Below are positions 27,297 to 36,256 of a stretch of 45,641 nucleotides of DNA, one piece after another. Positions within the stretch are counted from its first letter, which is position 1, and each line of letters starts with the position of its first letter. Made by a program: the position numbers and the translations under genes. The stretch is from assembly GCA_037442745.1 (NCBI GenBank), contig JBBIPP010000011.1:1-45641 (forward strand), read 5' to 3'. Source of the stretch: an archaeon (GTDB lineage: Archaea > SpSt-1190 > DYHY01). The notes under the pieces are model-generated. The model was not told the origin of the DNA. It was given only the letters and a program-made list of their open reading frames with translations, and searched no databases.

Positions 27297-27398
27297 AAAT
27301 TCCTTCCCAGTTCAGGTCCCACTTAACTCTCGGTCCCCGTATCCTCGGAGGTGTGATTCTTGGAATGCCAAAACCTATTGAGCGTTTTTTTCGTTTAA

Positions 27399-28178
27399 TC
27401 AACTTTCTCTCCTTCCTTGGTTCTGACGACCAAATCCTTCCCCTGCGAGGTCAAATCCGCCCGTCAACCAGCTTATTTTGTCCAAATGTATTCCTTGCTT
27501 TCTGCTCTTCGCCTTGCCCTTTATGTCGACTTTCAAGTTGCCTTCTCTCAAGGATTTATCAAACTCTTTCGAGAGCTGTGTGCTGTTTGGATTTGTAGGC
27601 CAGACGTCAAGAGAAAACGAGACAACTTTGTCCAAGTCTTTTATTCGTTCACCGAGTTCCCGCTTGTCCGTTAGCTGATTTATTGTCAACTGCTCTTTCT
27701 GATTATGGTATTGATTGAAGACTTCTGACAGCAAGCGTATAGGTGCGTTTCTTCCCACATCCTTCTTTGATTCGTAAACTATTGCACTCTCGGCTAAATC
27801 GATAAGGAAGGTGCTTACCTCTGCCGCTTTCCGACTTTCAACTTTGAAGTCCTTGAGACTTTCATCGAAAATGGTCTGCGTCCGGTTCTTTATCTTTCCG
27901 AGCCGCCCGTAGATACATTCGCCATCACAAGTTATTCCGCCAAATTTCCAGTCAAATCCTTCCGATAAATCTTCTTTTTTCGCCTTCACTAATAGGTCGT
28001 TTATGTCTGTCTTTGAATTTACGACGGAGAGCAGAAGTTTTCTCCGTCGCTCAATTTCATCCTTTGCCGACCCGAAGTTGGTGGTCAATTTGGCTTCGAA
28101 AGAAAGACGGGCAAACCTAAGCGTGCTGGCCATCTGTAGAAATCCCGTTTGTTTCAATTTAAAGGTTTTTTCAGTCAT
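27399..28178 (-). CDS. Hypothetical protein (DUF4747-like, tentative), possibly C-terminally truncated
   Basis: 259 aa with IYGRLGK, STFLID...IVYES and SFSLDVWPTNP. First gene of the cassette. Confidence 0.65.
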   Translation of the reverse strand: MTEKTFKLKQTGFLQMASTLRFARLSFEAKLTTNFGSAKDEIERRRKLLLSVVNSKTDINDLLVKAKKEDLSEGFDWKFGGITCDGECIYGRLGKIKNRTQTIFDESLKDFKVESRKAAEVSTFLIDLAESAIVYESKKDVGRNAPIRLLSEVFNQYHNQKEQLTINQLTDKRELGERIKDLDKVVSFSLDVWPTNPNSTQLSKEFDKSLREGNLKVDIKGKAKSRKQGIHLDKISWLTGGFDLAGEGFGRQNQGRRES

Positions 28179-28315
28179 TTTCCGTTAAATCGCCTCTTTC
28201 CGTCTTTTTCGGTTTCAAATACCGCCCCGCTATCTTTGCCCAGAAAGTCTCTGATTTGCCCATAAAGTCAATCACTTCTCCGACTTGTTAGGCAAAGCCG
28301 TTCTTGCCCGGTTTC

Positions 28316-28340
28316 TATCAATAATTGTTATCAATAATCA
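28316..28340. promoter_or_regulatory. Possible Fur/Zur-like metal regulator box
   Basis: TATCAATAAT-TGT-TATCAATAAT, with an internal imperfect dyad resembling TGATAATnATTATCA, upstream of the ZIP remnant. Confidence 0.35.
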
Positions 28341-28363
28341 TTTAAGGGGGACGGAAAGAAGGG

Positions 28364-28735
28364 ATGCAGTTGAGGTTTTGACATATTCTCTTGAATAGTC
28401 GTTCTTGTGAGCCTTATTTTCATTGCCGGGTTCGCGACCATTTGGGTAAAATCCGCCATCCTGAAAAAGGTCGTTCTCTTCCTTGTGAGCTTCTCCGCCG
28501 GAGCGCTTTTCGGGGAAGTTTTTTTCCATCTCCTGCCGGAGGCTGTCGAAGAAACAGGGGCTTGGACATTTCGGTTTCAATCTTCGTAATTGCCGGGATT
28601 GGAATATTCTTTATTGTCGAAAAATTCATTCGCTGGAACCGCTGCCACCTCGAGCCGCCGAAAAAGCACCAATTCCCTCCGGCATATGTTTTCCTGTTTG
28701 CGCTTGATCTCTGTTTCCTCGAGCTTTTCAATTGA
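28364..28735 (+). pseudogene. ZIP (ZupT) family metal transporter fragment, frameshifted
   Basis: LVSFSAGALFGEVFFHLLPEA in one frame and AGIGIFFIVEKFIRW in another. The C-terminal half is absent. Confidence 0.8.
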
Positions 28736-28738
28736 ATA

Positions 28739-29050
28739 TTGGTTTCGGTTTCTTGCAGCGGAATTCTGTACTTTTTATCGTTAATTCCTTTCCGGCCCGC
28801 AATTGTGGCAACCGCATTTCTCAAGGAGTTAAGTGCCCCTTCTGCGCCCCGTTTTGGGAAAATTCTCGCAATTGTTTTCTATTTCCTTCTCGGGCTCTTT
28901 TTGGAATTTTTCCTTTGGACGGAGGACCTGATAAAAGCAGGTGTTCCTAGAATGGTTTCAAAGGTTCTGGCAGTCGCATCTGTGATTGCTGTCCATGTGG
29001 CAATCTTGTGGTTACACCTTTCTTGGACAAATTCGAATTTGATTTACTGA
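28739..29050 (+). CDS. Hydrophobic hypothetical protein or gene fragment
   Basis: 103-aa ORF with 2-3 TM-like stretches; start uncertain. Confidence 0.35.
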   Translation: MVSVSCSGILYFLSLIPFRPAIVATAFLKELSAPSAPRFGKILAIVFYFLLGLFLEFFLWTEDLIKAGVPRMVSKVLAVASVIAVHVAILWLHLSWTNSNLIY

Positions 29051-29075
29051 AGTTTATTGGAAAATTTGTGTAGGG

Positions 29076-29153
29076 TGGTAGCGGGGGAACGATTTGAACG
29101 TCCGATCTTCGGGTTATGAGCCCGACGAGCACTCCAGGCTACTCTACCCCGCT
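29076..29153 (-). tRNA. Initiator tRNA-Met(CAT)
   Basis: AGCGGGGTAGAGTAGCCTGGAGTGCTCG-TCGGG-CTCATAA-CCCGA-...GTTCAAATC...CCCCGCTACCA. Has A1-U72, three G-C pairs in the anticodon stem and an encoded CCA. Confidence 0.96.
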
Positions 29154-29245
29154 ATATTCTTCGAAGGGGAACTCTCCTGCCTTTATATGATTTTATCTGG
29201 GGAGGGAAAATGCTTAATAAGTGAACTGTTCACTTTCCACGAAAA

Positions 29246-30322
29246 ATGGCAAATTCGATTGCAAAGGTAAGGGCGCCTACGAACATTGCCTTGGTGAAAT
29301 ATTGGGGGAAGAACCCATATTTCGAGAAATACAACATACCGACAAAGAGCTCCCTCTCCTTCTCTGTCGAAGGTCTCTACACTGAGACAATTGTCGAGAG
29401 AAATGACAGGGGAAGCGGGAAAATTGACTTCACGTTGAACGGCAAGAGAATACAGAATTCCTCCCCGGAATTCTCCTATGTCTCGGAATTCTTCGAGAAG
29501 GCTTTCGCAGTCTGGCCATTTATGCAGGATTCGGATTATTCAATCTCCTCAGAGAACAATTTTCCGACCGCAGCCGGTTTCGCTTCCTCTGCCTCAGGTT
29601 TCGCCGCCCTTGCATTGGCAGTCTCGAAATGCCAAGCAGGGTTCCTTGACAGGTATTCGAAAGACGAGAAAGCCCTCTCAGTTTTCGCCCGCCTAGGTTC
29701 GGGGAGCGCAACTAGAAGCATCCCGTTCAGGGGAGGTCTTGTACAATGGAAAAGGGGTCTTGACCCGAGGGATGCGCCGAAAGAGAAAAGGGAGCCGACT
29801 GAAGCCGAACTGTTCTCGAGCTTTGCCGAGTCAATCCTCCCACCAGAGCATTTCAAGGATCTCCGGCTCTTCTATGTCAAGGCAGATACAGGAGAGAAGA
29901 AAATAAAGAGCAGGGCTGGGATGAAGCAGACAATCTCAACGTATCCACTCTATTGGGACTGGGTAAAACACGATGAGAACGTCCTCCTTCCGACAGCAAT
30001 TGAATCAGCCAAAAAAATGGATTGGAGCGAGCTCTTCCGCATGACAATGGCGCTATCGGACGGCCTCCATTCCGCAATTCTCTCGACTGCGCCCTCAATC
30101 TCCTACCTGAACGACACTTCAAGGGAAATTGTCTCGGGAATTAACGAACTGAATTCCGAAAGAAATGTCTCGGCCTACACATTCGATGCCGGTCCTAACC
30201 CAGTAGTTTTCTCGACAAGAGAGTCTGAGGAGCGTGTGAAGGAAATGTTGGAGAGAATTGTCGGCGAAGAGAACATTTTCCGGACAATGGTCGGAAGGGG
30301 ACCGGAATTCCTCAAGGTATGA
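29246..30322 (+). CDS. mvaD: Diphosphomevalonate (or phosphomevalonate) decarboxylase, GHMP family
   Basis: NIALVKYWGK, NNFPTAAGFASSASGFAAL, ARLGSGSATRS, SRAGM and YTFDAGPNP motifs. Confidence 0.93.
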   Translation: MANSIAKVRAPTNIALVKYWGKNPYFEKYNIPTKSSLSFSVEGLYTETIVERNDRGSGKIDFTLNGKRIQNSSPEFSYVSEFFEKAFAVWPFMQDSDYSISSENNFPTAAGFASSASGFAALALAVSKCQAGFLDRYSKDEKALSVFARLGSGSATRSIPFRGGLVQWKRGLDPRDAPKEKREPTEAELFSSFAESILPPEHFKDLRLFYVKADTGEKKIKSRAGMKQTISTYPLYWDWVKHDENVLLPTAIESAKKMDWSELFRMTMALSDGLHSAILSTAPSISYLNDTSREIVSGINELNSERNVSAYTFDAGPNPVVFSTRESEERVKEMLERIVGEENIFRTMVGRGPEFLKV

Positions 30323-30326
30323 GAAA

Positions 30327-31490
30327 ATGGCTCTTACGAGTTCCCCGGGCAAAGTCCTTTTCCTCGGGGGCTATTCCGTTCTCGAGGAGGGAAACCCCGC
30401 CCTTTCATTTGCAGTAACTGATTTGTTGGGAGAGGGCGTTGTAGCTGAGACAAGAGATTCTGACTCGTTCCGGCTACTTTCCCCTGGTTTCGGTATTGAC
30501 TCGACAATTGACCTTGAAAAAAAGGCTCCTAGGAAACCGACTCTCTCGGAAGCGTCGCTAATTATTGCCTTGAACCACCTGAAAGCAAAGGGAAGTCTTC
30601 CTGAAAAGAAATTCTCAGCAATTGTCAGGAATTCCCCGATTTTCGGGAGGTTCTCCTCCGAAGGAAAGACAGGTCTTGGCTCCTCCGCCGGAACGGCAGT
30701 CTCAATTGTCTTGTCCTCTTTTCTTGAGGCCGGCCTTGGAATTGAGGAGAACAGGGAAGAAATACACAAGCTCGCCCAAATTGCCAACTCCCTTTCGACA
30801 GGGGGGAAGGGAAGTGGATTCGATGTCGCAACAGCAGTCTTTGGAACAATTGTTTATCGGAGATTCCCGAAAACAGAATTCTCGGATATTTCCGGGCCGT
30901 GGGATTCTGGGGAAATTGAGAAAGAGGTTGGGAGAGACTGGAAAGGGATGGAAATTGAGAAATTCTCCCTCCCGGAGAAATGCACCCTCCTAATTTTTGA
31001 CATCCTTGGCAAGGGCACTGACACAAAAAAGAATGTCTCTGTAGCACGGGCTCTTTCAGAAAAGCGACCGGATAAATATTTCGAAATAATCTCCGCCCAG
31101 GCAAAATTCGAGGAAATGGCAGTTTCCGCCCTCCGGAGGGAGGAATATTCCAGTTTCCAAGAACTTGTCAATTCCGCAAGGGAAGAGTCTAGGAAATTGG
31201 CGGAAGAAGCAAAGAGGGCGGGACTCTTTGGCTTTGTTCCTGTTGAGCCAGAGTCGGCAAGGAGAACTATTGACTCCGTCCTGAAGGAAGGCCTCGCAGT
31301 TGCCGGAAGGTGCCCCGGCTCAGGAGGGTTTGATTCAGTAGCGTTCCTCTGCAGGAGGGGGGAGGAGAACCCGGGAAGAATTGAGGAAATCGGGAAACGG
31401 AACGGCCTTCCCCTGAAATTACTGCCCTGCAGGCTCGCTCAAGGAGGCGTCCGGGAAACTCCCAAAAACAATTTGGATGGAGTTAGATAG
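30327..31490 (+). CDS. Phosphomevalonate kinase, Erg8-like GHMP kinase
   Basis: SPGKVLFLGGYSVLE, KTGLGSSA, GKGSGFDVATAVFG, YRRF and PGSGGFD motifs. ATG at 30327. Confidence 0.88.
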   Translation: MALTSSPGKVLFLGGYSVLEEGNPALSFAVTDLLGEGVVAETRDSDSFRLLSPGFGIDSTIDLEKKAPRKPTLSEASLIIALNHLKAKGSLPEKKFSAIVRNSPIFGRFSSEGKTGLGSSAGTAVSIVLSSFLEAGLGIEENREEIHKLAQIANSLSTGGKGSGFDVATAVFGTIVYRRFPKTEFSDISGPWDSGEIEKEVGRDWKGMEIEKFSLPEKCTLLIFDILGKGTDTKKNVSVARALSEKRPDKYFEIISAQAKFEEMAVSALRREEYSSFQELVNSAREESRKLAEEAKRAGLFGFVPVEPESARRTIDSVLKEGLAVAGRCPGSGGFDSVAFLCRRGEENPGRIEEIGKRNGLPLKLLPCRLAQGGVRETPKNNLDGVR

Positions 31491-31524
31491 AGTTAAATAG
31501 AATTGATTTGTCTGAAAATGCGAA

Positions 31525-32010
31525 ATGGGAAAACTCGGACGGGAAATTGTTGGAAAGACTGCTGACGAAACAATAAAGCTCCTGAACAAGGCTCTTGCCG
31601 ACGAGTGGCTTGCATACTACCAGTACTGGGTCGGAGCGCAGGTTGTTTCCGGGAAAATGAGGCCGGAAATTGAGGATGAACTGAAAGAGCACGCAGAGGA
31701 GGAGAAAAAGCACGCTGAAATGCTCGCAAAAAGGATTGTGCAACTCGGAGGAAAGCCGATTCTCGAGTTCTCAGACCTCCTGAAACAGGCGAACTGCGGA
31801 TATGATGCTCCGAAGAACCCTAGCACAACGGCAATTGTCGCCCAGAATATCAAAGGCGAGAGGTGCGCAATTGCAATATACAGCTCAATTCTCAAGAAAC
31901 TGAAAGGCTCAGACGACTATATCACATTCAACCTTGTAAGGAAAATTATGGAAGACGAGGTCGAGCATGAGGAAGATCTTGAGAACCTGGCGGAAGACCT
32001 GAGGGGATAA
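31525..32010 (+). CDS. DPS-like / bacterioferritin-related ferritin (DPSL)
   Basis: ALADEWLAYYQYW, EEKKHA, RIVQLGG, the Cys pair ANCG / GERCAI, and DEVEHE. Confidence 0.92.
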   Translation: MGKLGREIVGKTADETIKLLNKALADEWLAYYQYWVGAQVVSGKMRPEIEDELKEHAEEEKKHAEMLAKRIVQLGGKPILEFSDLLKQANCGYDAPKNPSTTAIVAQNIKGERCAIAIYSSILKKLKGSDDYITFNLVRKIMEDEVEHEEDLENLAEDLRG

Positions 32011-32043
32011 TTCCGCAGGAGCAATGGGTGATTGAACTCTTCT

Positions 32044-32556
32044 AGCCGGTAAAGGGAGTTATTTCCAATTCCAACATGTTCTTCGCCAGCTTTCCTGATG
32101 ACAGCATTGACCTGTCTTTCAGGTATTTCACAATTCTTCTGGCAACCGGAATTTGAGCGCTCCTCATACTCTCAATTGTCGCCGGAGAATCCCTTGTCTG
32201 GGCGGGTCGGTATTGTGCATTCTTTCTTGCCGGCTTTTTCGCGTCCTCCGCCATTTTGCATCTGTCTGCCGAGCTCCTCAGAGGCTAGGGCAACTTCAAC
32301 CAGTCCGCCCGGATAATTGCTTACTGTTCCAAGCCCGAGCATCTTGCAACCAAATAAGGATCGCCCTTTCAGGAAAGGTTCAATTTATGGGAATTGCCTA
32401 TTTTTGGGTTGCTTCTACACCCTCTCTACAATAGAAATATTGGTAATTGTCTGGCATTTGGTTGGAAACTGGAAGGCTGTCATGGTGGTTCTCCTTCCAG
32501 TCAGGTTGATTTCGGCAATAATTCTCTTCGATTTCAGCCTCTTCCCTGTTGGCTAG
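32044..32556 (+). pseudogene. Decayed membrane protein gene
   Basis: Hydrophobic peptide pieces (FRYFTILLATGI*ALLILSIVAG...; IEILVIVWHLVG...) interrupted by stops and frameshifts. Confidence 0.35.
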
Positions 32557-32589
32557 TCGAAAGAATAAAACTATTTATTCCTGCCGGTT

Positions 32590-33192
32590 TTGTTGGTTTT
32601 GCCAGTGGAAAAAATAAAGCTAATCACGCTATCCTACCTTGTCGGCCTCTTCCTTCTCTTGCCAGCGTTCTCTCTCTGCTCTAGCGACTCCGAGTGCTCG
32701 AACGGCGAGAACTGTGCAGTCTCGGTGGGGGAATGCTATCCTTCAAATTATGCGTATAACGAGCCGACGATTCTAAGAGTTCCTCTCGGGGAAAAGAAGG
32801 CGTTCTCGGTTCTTTTGGCATCGCCCTTGAAGGAAACTAGGGAAATCAGGCTCTCATTTTCAGGGGAAGGGAAATATTTCGCCAAATTTGTCGGAGGAGG
32901 AAATTCAATCTCAGTAATTGTCGGAAACGACACGAGAAGGGTGCCAATAACATTCACCGGGGGCGCAATAGGGGAATATTCCGTCTGCATTGACGCAATT
33001 GACTCCGAGCTTCCCGAAATAAACAACACCCACCCAACATCCAAAGCCTGCACAAGCTTCATTGTCGAGTCCGGTAGGAAGGGGATTTTAGCAATAACAA
33101 CGCCCTCTTTGGGCGTTGCCGGAATTGCCATTCTCGGTCTTCTCGGGGGAATTGGCTATTCCCATTTCGGAGGAAGAAGGGAAAGAAAATGA
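32590..33192 (+). CDS. Secreted Cys-containing protein with C-terminal membrane anchor
   Basis: Signal peptide, CSSDSECSNGENC motif, Ig-like core, and C-terminal TM with basic tail. Start may be GTG 32605. Confidence 0.75.
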   Translation: MLVLPVEKIKLITLSYLVGLFLLLPAFSLCSSDSECSNGENCAVSVGECYPSNYAYNEPTILRVPLGEKKAFSVLLASPLKETREIRLSFSGEGKYFAKFVGGGNSISVIVGNDTRRVPITFTGGAIGEYSVCIDAIDSELPEINNTHPTSKACTSFIVESGRKGILAITTPSLGVAGIAILGLLGGIGYSHFGGRRERK

Positions 33193-33818
33193 TCATCAAA
33201 ACAAACCTTCTCCAAGGGAGCTTTCTTGTGAAAGCAGTGCGGGCATATCTAAAATGGAAATTCGTTAATCCGAAAGATGGGCTTGAAATTGACTGGCCAA
33301 AATGGGCGCTTGAGAAGCGGGGCGTTTTCGTAACGCTTGAAAGCTATCCTGAACACACTCTCCGTGGGTGTGTCGGTTTCCCTGAACCGATCTTTCCACT
33401 AAAGGACGCCCTTTTAGAATCCGCGTTCTCCGCGGCGTTCCGTGATTCCCGGTTCCCCCCAATTTCAGAGGAAGAGCTAGGAAAAGTCACAATTGAGGTC
33501 TCCCTCCTGACGAAACCAAGGAAAATACTCTGGAAGAAGGAAAATGGGAAAAGCCTGCTTTCAGCAATTTCAATTGGGAGGGACGGCCTAATTGCCAAAT
33601 ACAAATCGTTCTCGGGCCTCCTCTTGCCCCAAGTTCCGGTTGAGTGGAATTGGGGCGTTCCGGAATTCCTCTCCCAAACCTGCAAAAAAGCCGGCCTTCC
33701 CGGGGATTTTTGGATAACTGACCCGGACTCGGTTAGCTTTTACAAGTTCCAGTCCGATATTTTTGCTGAAACTAGTCCCGGAGGAAAAATCGGGAGAAAG
33801 AGTCCCAGTCCGAAATAG
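33189..33818 (+). CDS. AMMECR1-domain protein
   Basis: RGVFVTL, LRGCVG, AAFRDSRFPP, IEVSLLT, GRDGL, GLLLPQV and CKKAGL motifs. Confidence 0.95.
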   Translation: MIIKTNLLQGSFLVKAVRAYLKWKFVNPKDGLEIDWPKWALEKRGVFVTLESYPEHTLRGCVGFPEPIFPLKDALLESAFSAAFRDSRFPPISEEELGKVTIEVSLLTKPRKILWKKENGKSLLSAISIGRDGLIAKYKSFSGLLLPQVPVEWNWGVPEFLSQTCKKAGLPGDFWITDPDSVSFYKFQSDIFAETSPGGKIGRKSPSPK

Positions 33819-33833
33819 CATTAATTGAAGAAC

Positions 33834-34523
33834 CTAGAACAGCTTTTCCTTCCTTGCGAATTCGGAAATATCCCGATAGACCGCTTTCGCGCCTGCTTTT
33901 TTGAGCTCGCTTGCAGGGGTTGTTCCTGTCTTTATCCCGAAAAAATCCATTCCTGCGGAAACTGAACCAATGGCATCGGACGGGCCGTCACCAATTGACA
34001 CGGTCTCCTCCGGGCGGACTCCCATTGCCCTTGCGGCGAAGAGGAATGGCTCGGGATGGGGTTTTTGCTCGTCTATTGTATCTGAGAAAACCAAAACATC
34101 AAAAAGAGTGAAGACCTCCCTCATCTGGGGATATGCGAAAATCCACTCCTTCTTGGCTGAAGTGACAAGCGCAGTCTTCACTCCTCTTTTTTTGCATTTG
34201 CGGAGAATTGGAATGGCTCCGGGGAGGAACTTGCCCTTGCGGCGGCTGTCTTTAATGAACTCCTCCTTGTCTTCCATGTGTTTTGCGAACTTTTCGGGAT
34301 TGAGCGTGCTAGGATAGAGCTTTCCAAGGCGCTTGTAGGATTCCTCCGGCGAGCCGTGGAGCTCCCTGCGTATTTTCCCTATCGGTATTTTCTTCCCGAA
34401 ATTCTTCAGGAGAGAATCCTGCCATGCCTTGGACACTATTGGAATCGAATCCATTATAGTCCCGTCGAAATCGAATATTATTGCGCGGTATTTCGTCGCT
34501 TTAGCGTTATTTTTCGGTGCCAT
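33834..34523 (-). CDS. HAD-superfamily phosphatase
   Basis: FDFDGT, LVTS, KPHPEP and IGDGPSD motifs. Confidence 0.93.
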   Translation of the reverse strand: MAPKNNAKATKYRAIIFDFDGTIMDSIPIVSKAWQDSLLKNFGKKIPIGKIRRELHGSPEESYKRLGKLYPSTLNPEKFAKHMEDKEEFIKDSRRKGKFLPGAIPILRKCKKRGVKTALVTSAKKEWIFAYPQMREVFTLFDVLVFSDTIDEQKPHPEPFLFAARAMGVRPEETVSIGDGPSDAIGSVSAGMDFFGIKTGTTPASELKKAGAKAVYRDISEFARKEKLF

Positions 34524-34799
34524 AGGAATCTTCCCCGTTCCCCCTCTGGTTTTCCATCAAGGCGCAATCAAAGTGGGGAGAAGACTGGGAAGTATTGCCT
34601 TAAATAATTGGGGGATTAATTGGACAGAAGTGGATTATTTGGTGAGTCATGCCGTCCGGCCTCGGCCGGATTTCGTCCATGTTGACAAATAGACCAAAGA
34701 ATTCTCTCAGCTAATTATTGCGTCCTTTGGACGCACTTGGGAGGTCAGAATTACTCTAAAACCGGGAGGTGGGCGACAGCCCTTCGCGGGTAGATGAAG

Positions 34800-34872
34800 T
34801 GGGCCCGGCCGGAATTGAACCGGCGGCCTGCGCAGTGTAAGTGCGCTGTCATAACCACTAGACCACGAGCCC
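34800..34872 (-). tRNA. tRNA-Val(TAC)
   Basis: GGGCTCGTGGTCTAGTGGTTATGACA-GCGCA-CTTACAC-TGCGC-AGGCCGCCGGTTCAATTCCGGCCGGGCCCA. Confidence 0.95.
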
Positions 34873-34966
34873 ACTGTTTTCTCTTTCATTAATCCGTCCT
34901 CGGGACGGATGTCGGGGGTTCTGGAGGAGCTTGGAACTGAGGGGGCGGACTGCCCCCGCGGTTCAG

Positions 34967-34988
34967 CCAGCTAGACCACGAGCCCACT
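34967..34988 (-). repeat. Duplicated 5' end of tRNA-Val (acceptor strand plus start of D-arm)
   Basis: AGTGGGCTCGTGGTCTAG is identical to the tRNA-Val(TAC) 5' end 113 bp downstream. It continues CTGG like a D-loop, but no T-arm follows. Confidence 0.8.
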
Positions 34989-35022
34989 AGAGCAAGGACT
35001 ATCCTTGGAATGCCCTTTTTAT

Positions 35023-36198
35023 TTATTTCTTGGATGAATAAACCTCTCCCAAAAGGCGCATTCCCTCGAAGATTCTCTCCGGAGTCTCCCTTGAGAAAGC
35101 TATCCTCACCCAATTGCCCCAGTTCTTCCTATCTTTTCCGAAATACCAGTATTCCCCTGCTGGAAGGGTGCCAACGCCCTTTTCATAGGCGGCTCTCTCA
35201 GAAACCGCCTTTGCTGGAATTCCGGGAACGCCCACCCCAACGAAAAAGCCCCCTTTCGGGGTTGTCAATAGCTCTGCGTTCTTCGGAAGGAATGTTTCAA
35301 CGCCCTCTTTGACTGCCAAGAACCTTCGTTCCAATTCTCTTGAGAGTTCCTTCAAATGGTCGGGATATTTCGGATGGGAATAAATTCCGAGGGCAATTTC
35401 CTGCATCTGGATTGGCGGGCATACCCGGGTCGTTTCGGCAATCCTAGCAATCCCGGAGAAAGTTTCCGGGTCAGAAATTGTTGCGGAAAATCGGAGGCCC
35501 GGGAAAATGTCCTTTGACCCTGTAAGAACGAGGGAATATCCGAGATCTCTTGTCTCGAGGAGGGCTTTTGGAACCTTCCCAGTTCTTCCGGAGAAATCGA
35601 CCGAATCGTATGCAGAATCCAGAATCAGGTGAGTCTTTGCTTTCCTTGCCGCTTCCGCTATCAGGAAAACATCCTCTTCGGGTAGTTCGCCCCCCGTCCA
35701 ATTGGTGTGCCTTGTCTGGAAATATGCGGCTTGGGGCTTATTGGAAGAGATTAGTTTCGCGAGCTTTTTTGCGTCAACCGCTCCGTTCCTTGTCGGGGAA
35801 AAGATGGGAGAAAACCCTCTATTGACTGCCGATAGAACGAAATTTCCATAGCATGCTTCGGGAAAAACAACTTTTCCGGGCTTGCCGTCCTTTCTTTCAA
35901 GATACTGAAGAGCGTCGTCATATCCTCCCGTTCCTCCGGCAGAACCTATTATGATCTGCTCTCCCGGCGCTCCCCACATTTTTCCTATCTGGATTCTTAG
36001 GGACTCGAGGCCGAAATTCGACCCATATCCGGATGTCGCGGAAATCCCCGCCATAACCTCCTTTGCAATTCCTGAAATTGTCGGGAGAATAGGGGGCTCT
36101 CCTCGCCCGAGTTGGTAGGCTGGCCTGAATTTCCTAAGGAGCTGTATCCCCTCTTCTAGCTTTGAGACTATTCTTTTCCTTTCTTGAGCGTTCATCAT
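35023..36198 (-). CDS. PLP-dependent aminotransferase class I/II
   Basis: GYGSNFGLESLR, NWTGG, ILDSAYD, GSKDIFPGLR, PKGGFF and WVRIAF motifs. Confidence 0.9.
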   Translation of the reverse strand: MMNAQERKRIVSKLEEGIQLLRKFRPAYQLGRGEPPILPTISGIAKEVMAGISATSGYGSNFGLESLRIQIGKMWGAPGEQIIIGSAGGTGGYDDALQYLERKDGKPGKVVFPEACYGNFVLSAVNRGFSPIFSPTRNGAVDAKKLAKLISSNKPQAAYFQTRHTNWTGGELPEEDVFLIAEAARKAKTHLILDSAYDSVDFSGRTGKVPKALLETRDLGYSLVLTGSKDIFPGLRFSATISDPETFSGIARIAETTRVCPPIQMQEIALGIYSHPKYPDHLKELSRELERRFLAVKEGVETFLPKNAELLTTPKGGFFVGVGVPGIPAKAVSERAAYEKGVGTLPAGEYWYFGKDRKNWGNWVRIAFSRETPERIFEGMRLLGEVYSSKK

Positions 36199-36256
36199 TC
36201 CGGGCCAACGGAACTGGCGCCGGGATTAAAAGATTTCCAAGGTTTTTCAGGCAAAA

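Larger units (their letters stand above)
22237..28299. mobile_element. Non-autonomous IR-bounded cassette carrying a Type III R-M system
   Basis: Perfect inverted repeat GGCTTTGCCTAA (22237-22248) / TTAGGCAAAGCC (28288-28299). Flanking direct repeat GTTCTTGCC (22228-22236, 28300-28308). Subterminal TGCCCATAAAGTCA repeats at both ends. Codon style looks unlike the host genes. Confidence 0.85.

Noticed and set aside
34640-34730. Hammerhead ribozyme on the minus strand (CTGAGAG...GGACGAAA plus hairpin)
   Set aside because: The core is not CUGANGA, stem II does not close, and there is no UH cleavage site after stem III.
3243-34872. The 31.5-kb interval between the two tRNA-Val direct repeats as an integrated element (attL/attR)
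   Set aside because: Both copies are complete tRNAs with different anticodons. The interval holds core genes (nop5, fibrillarin, initiator tRNA) and no integrase.
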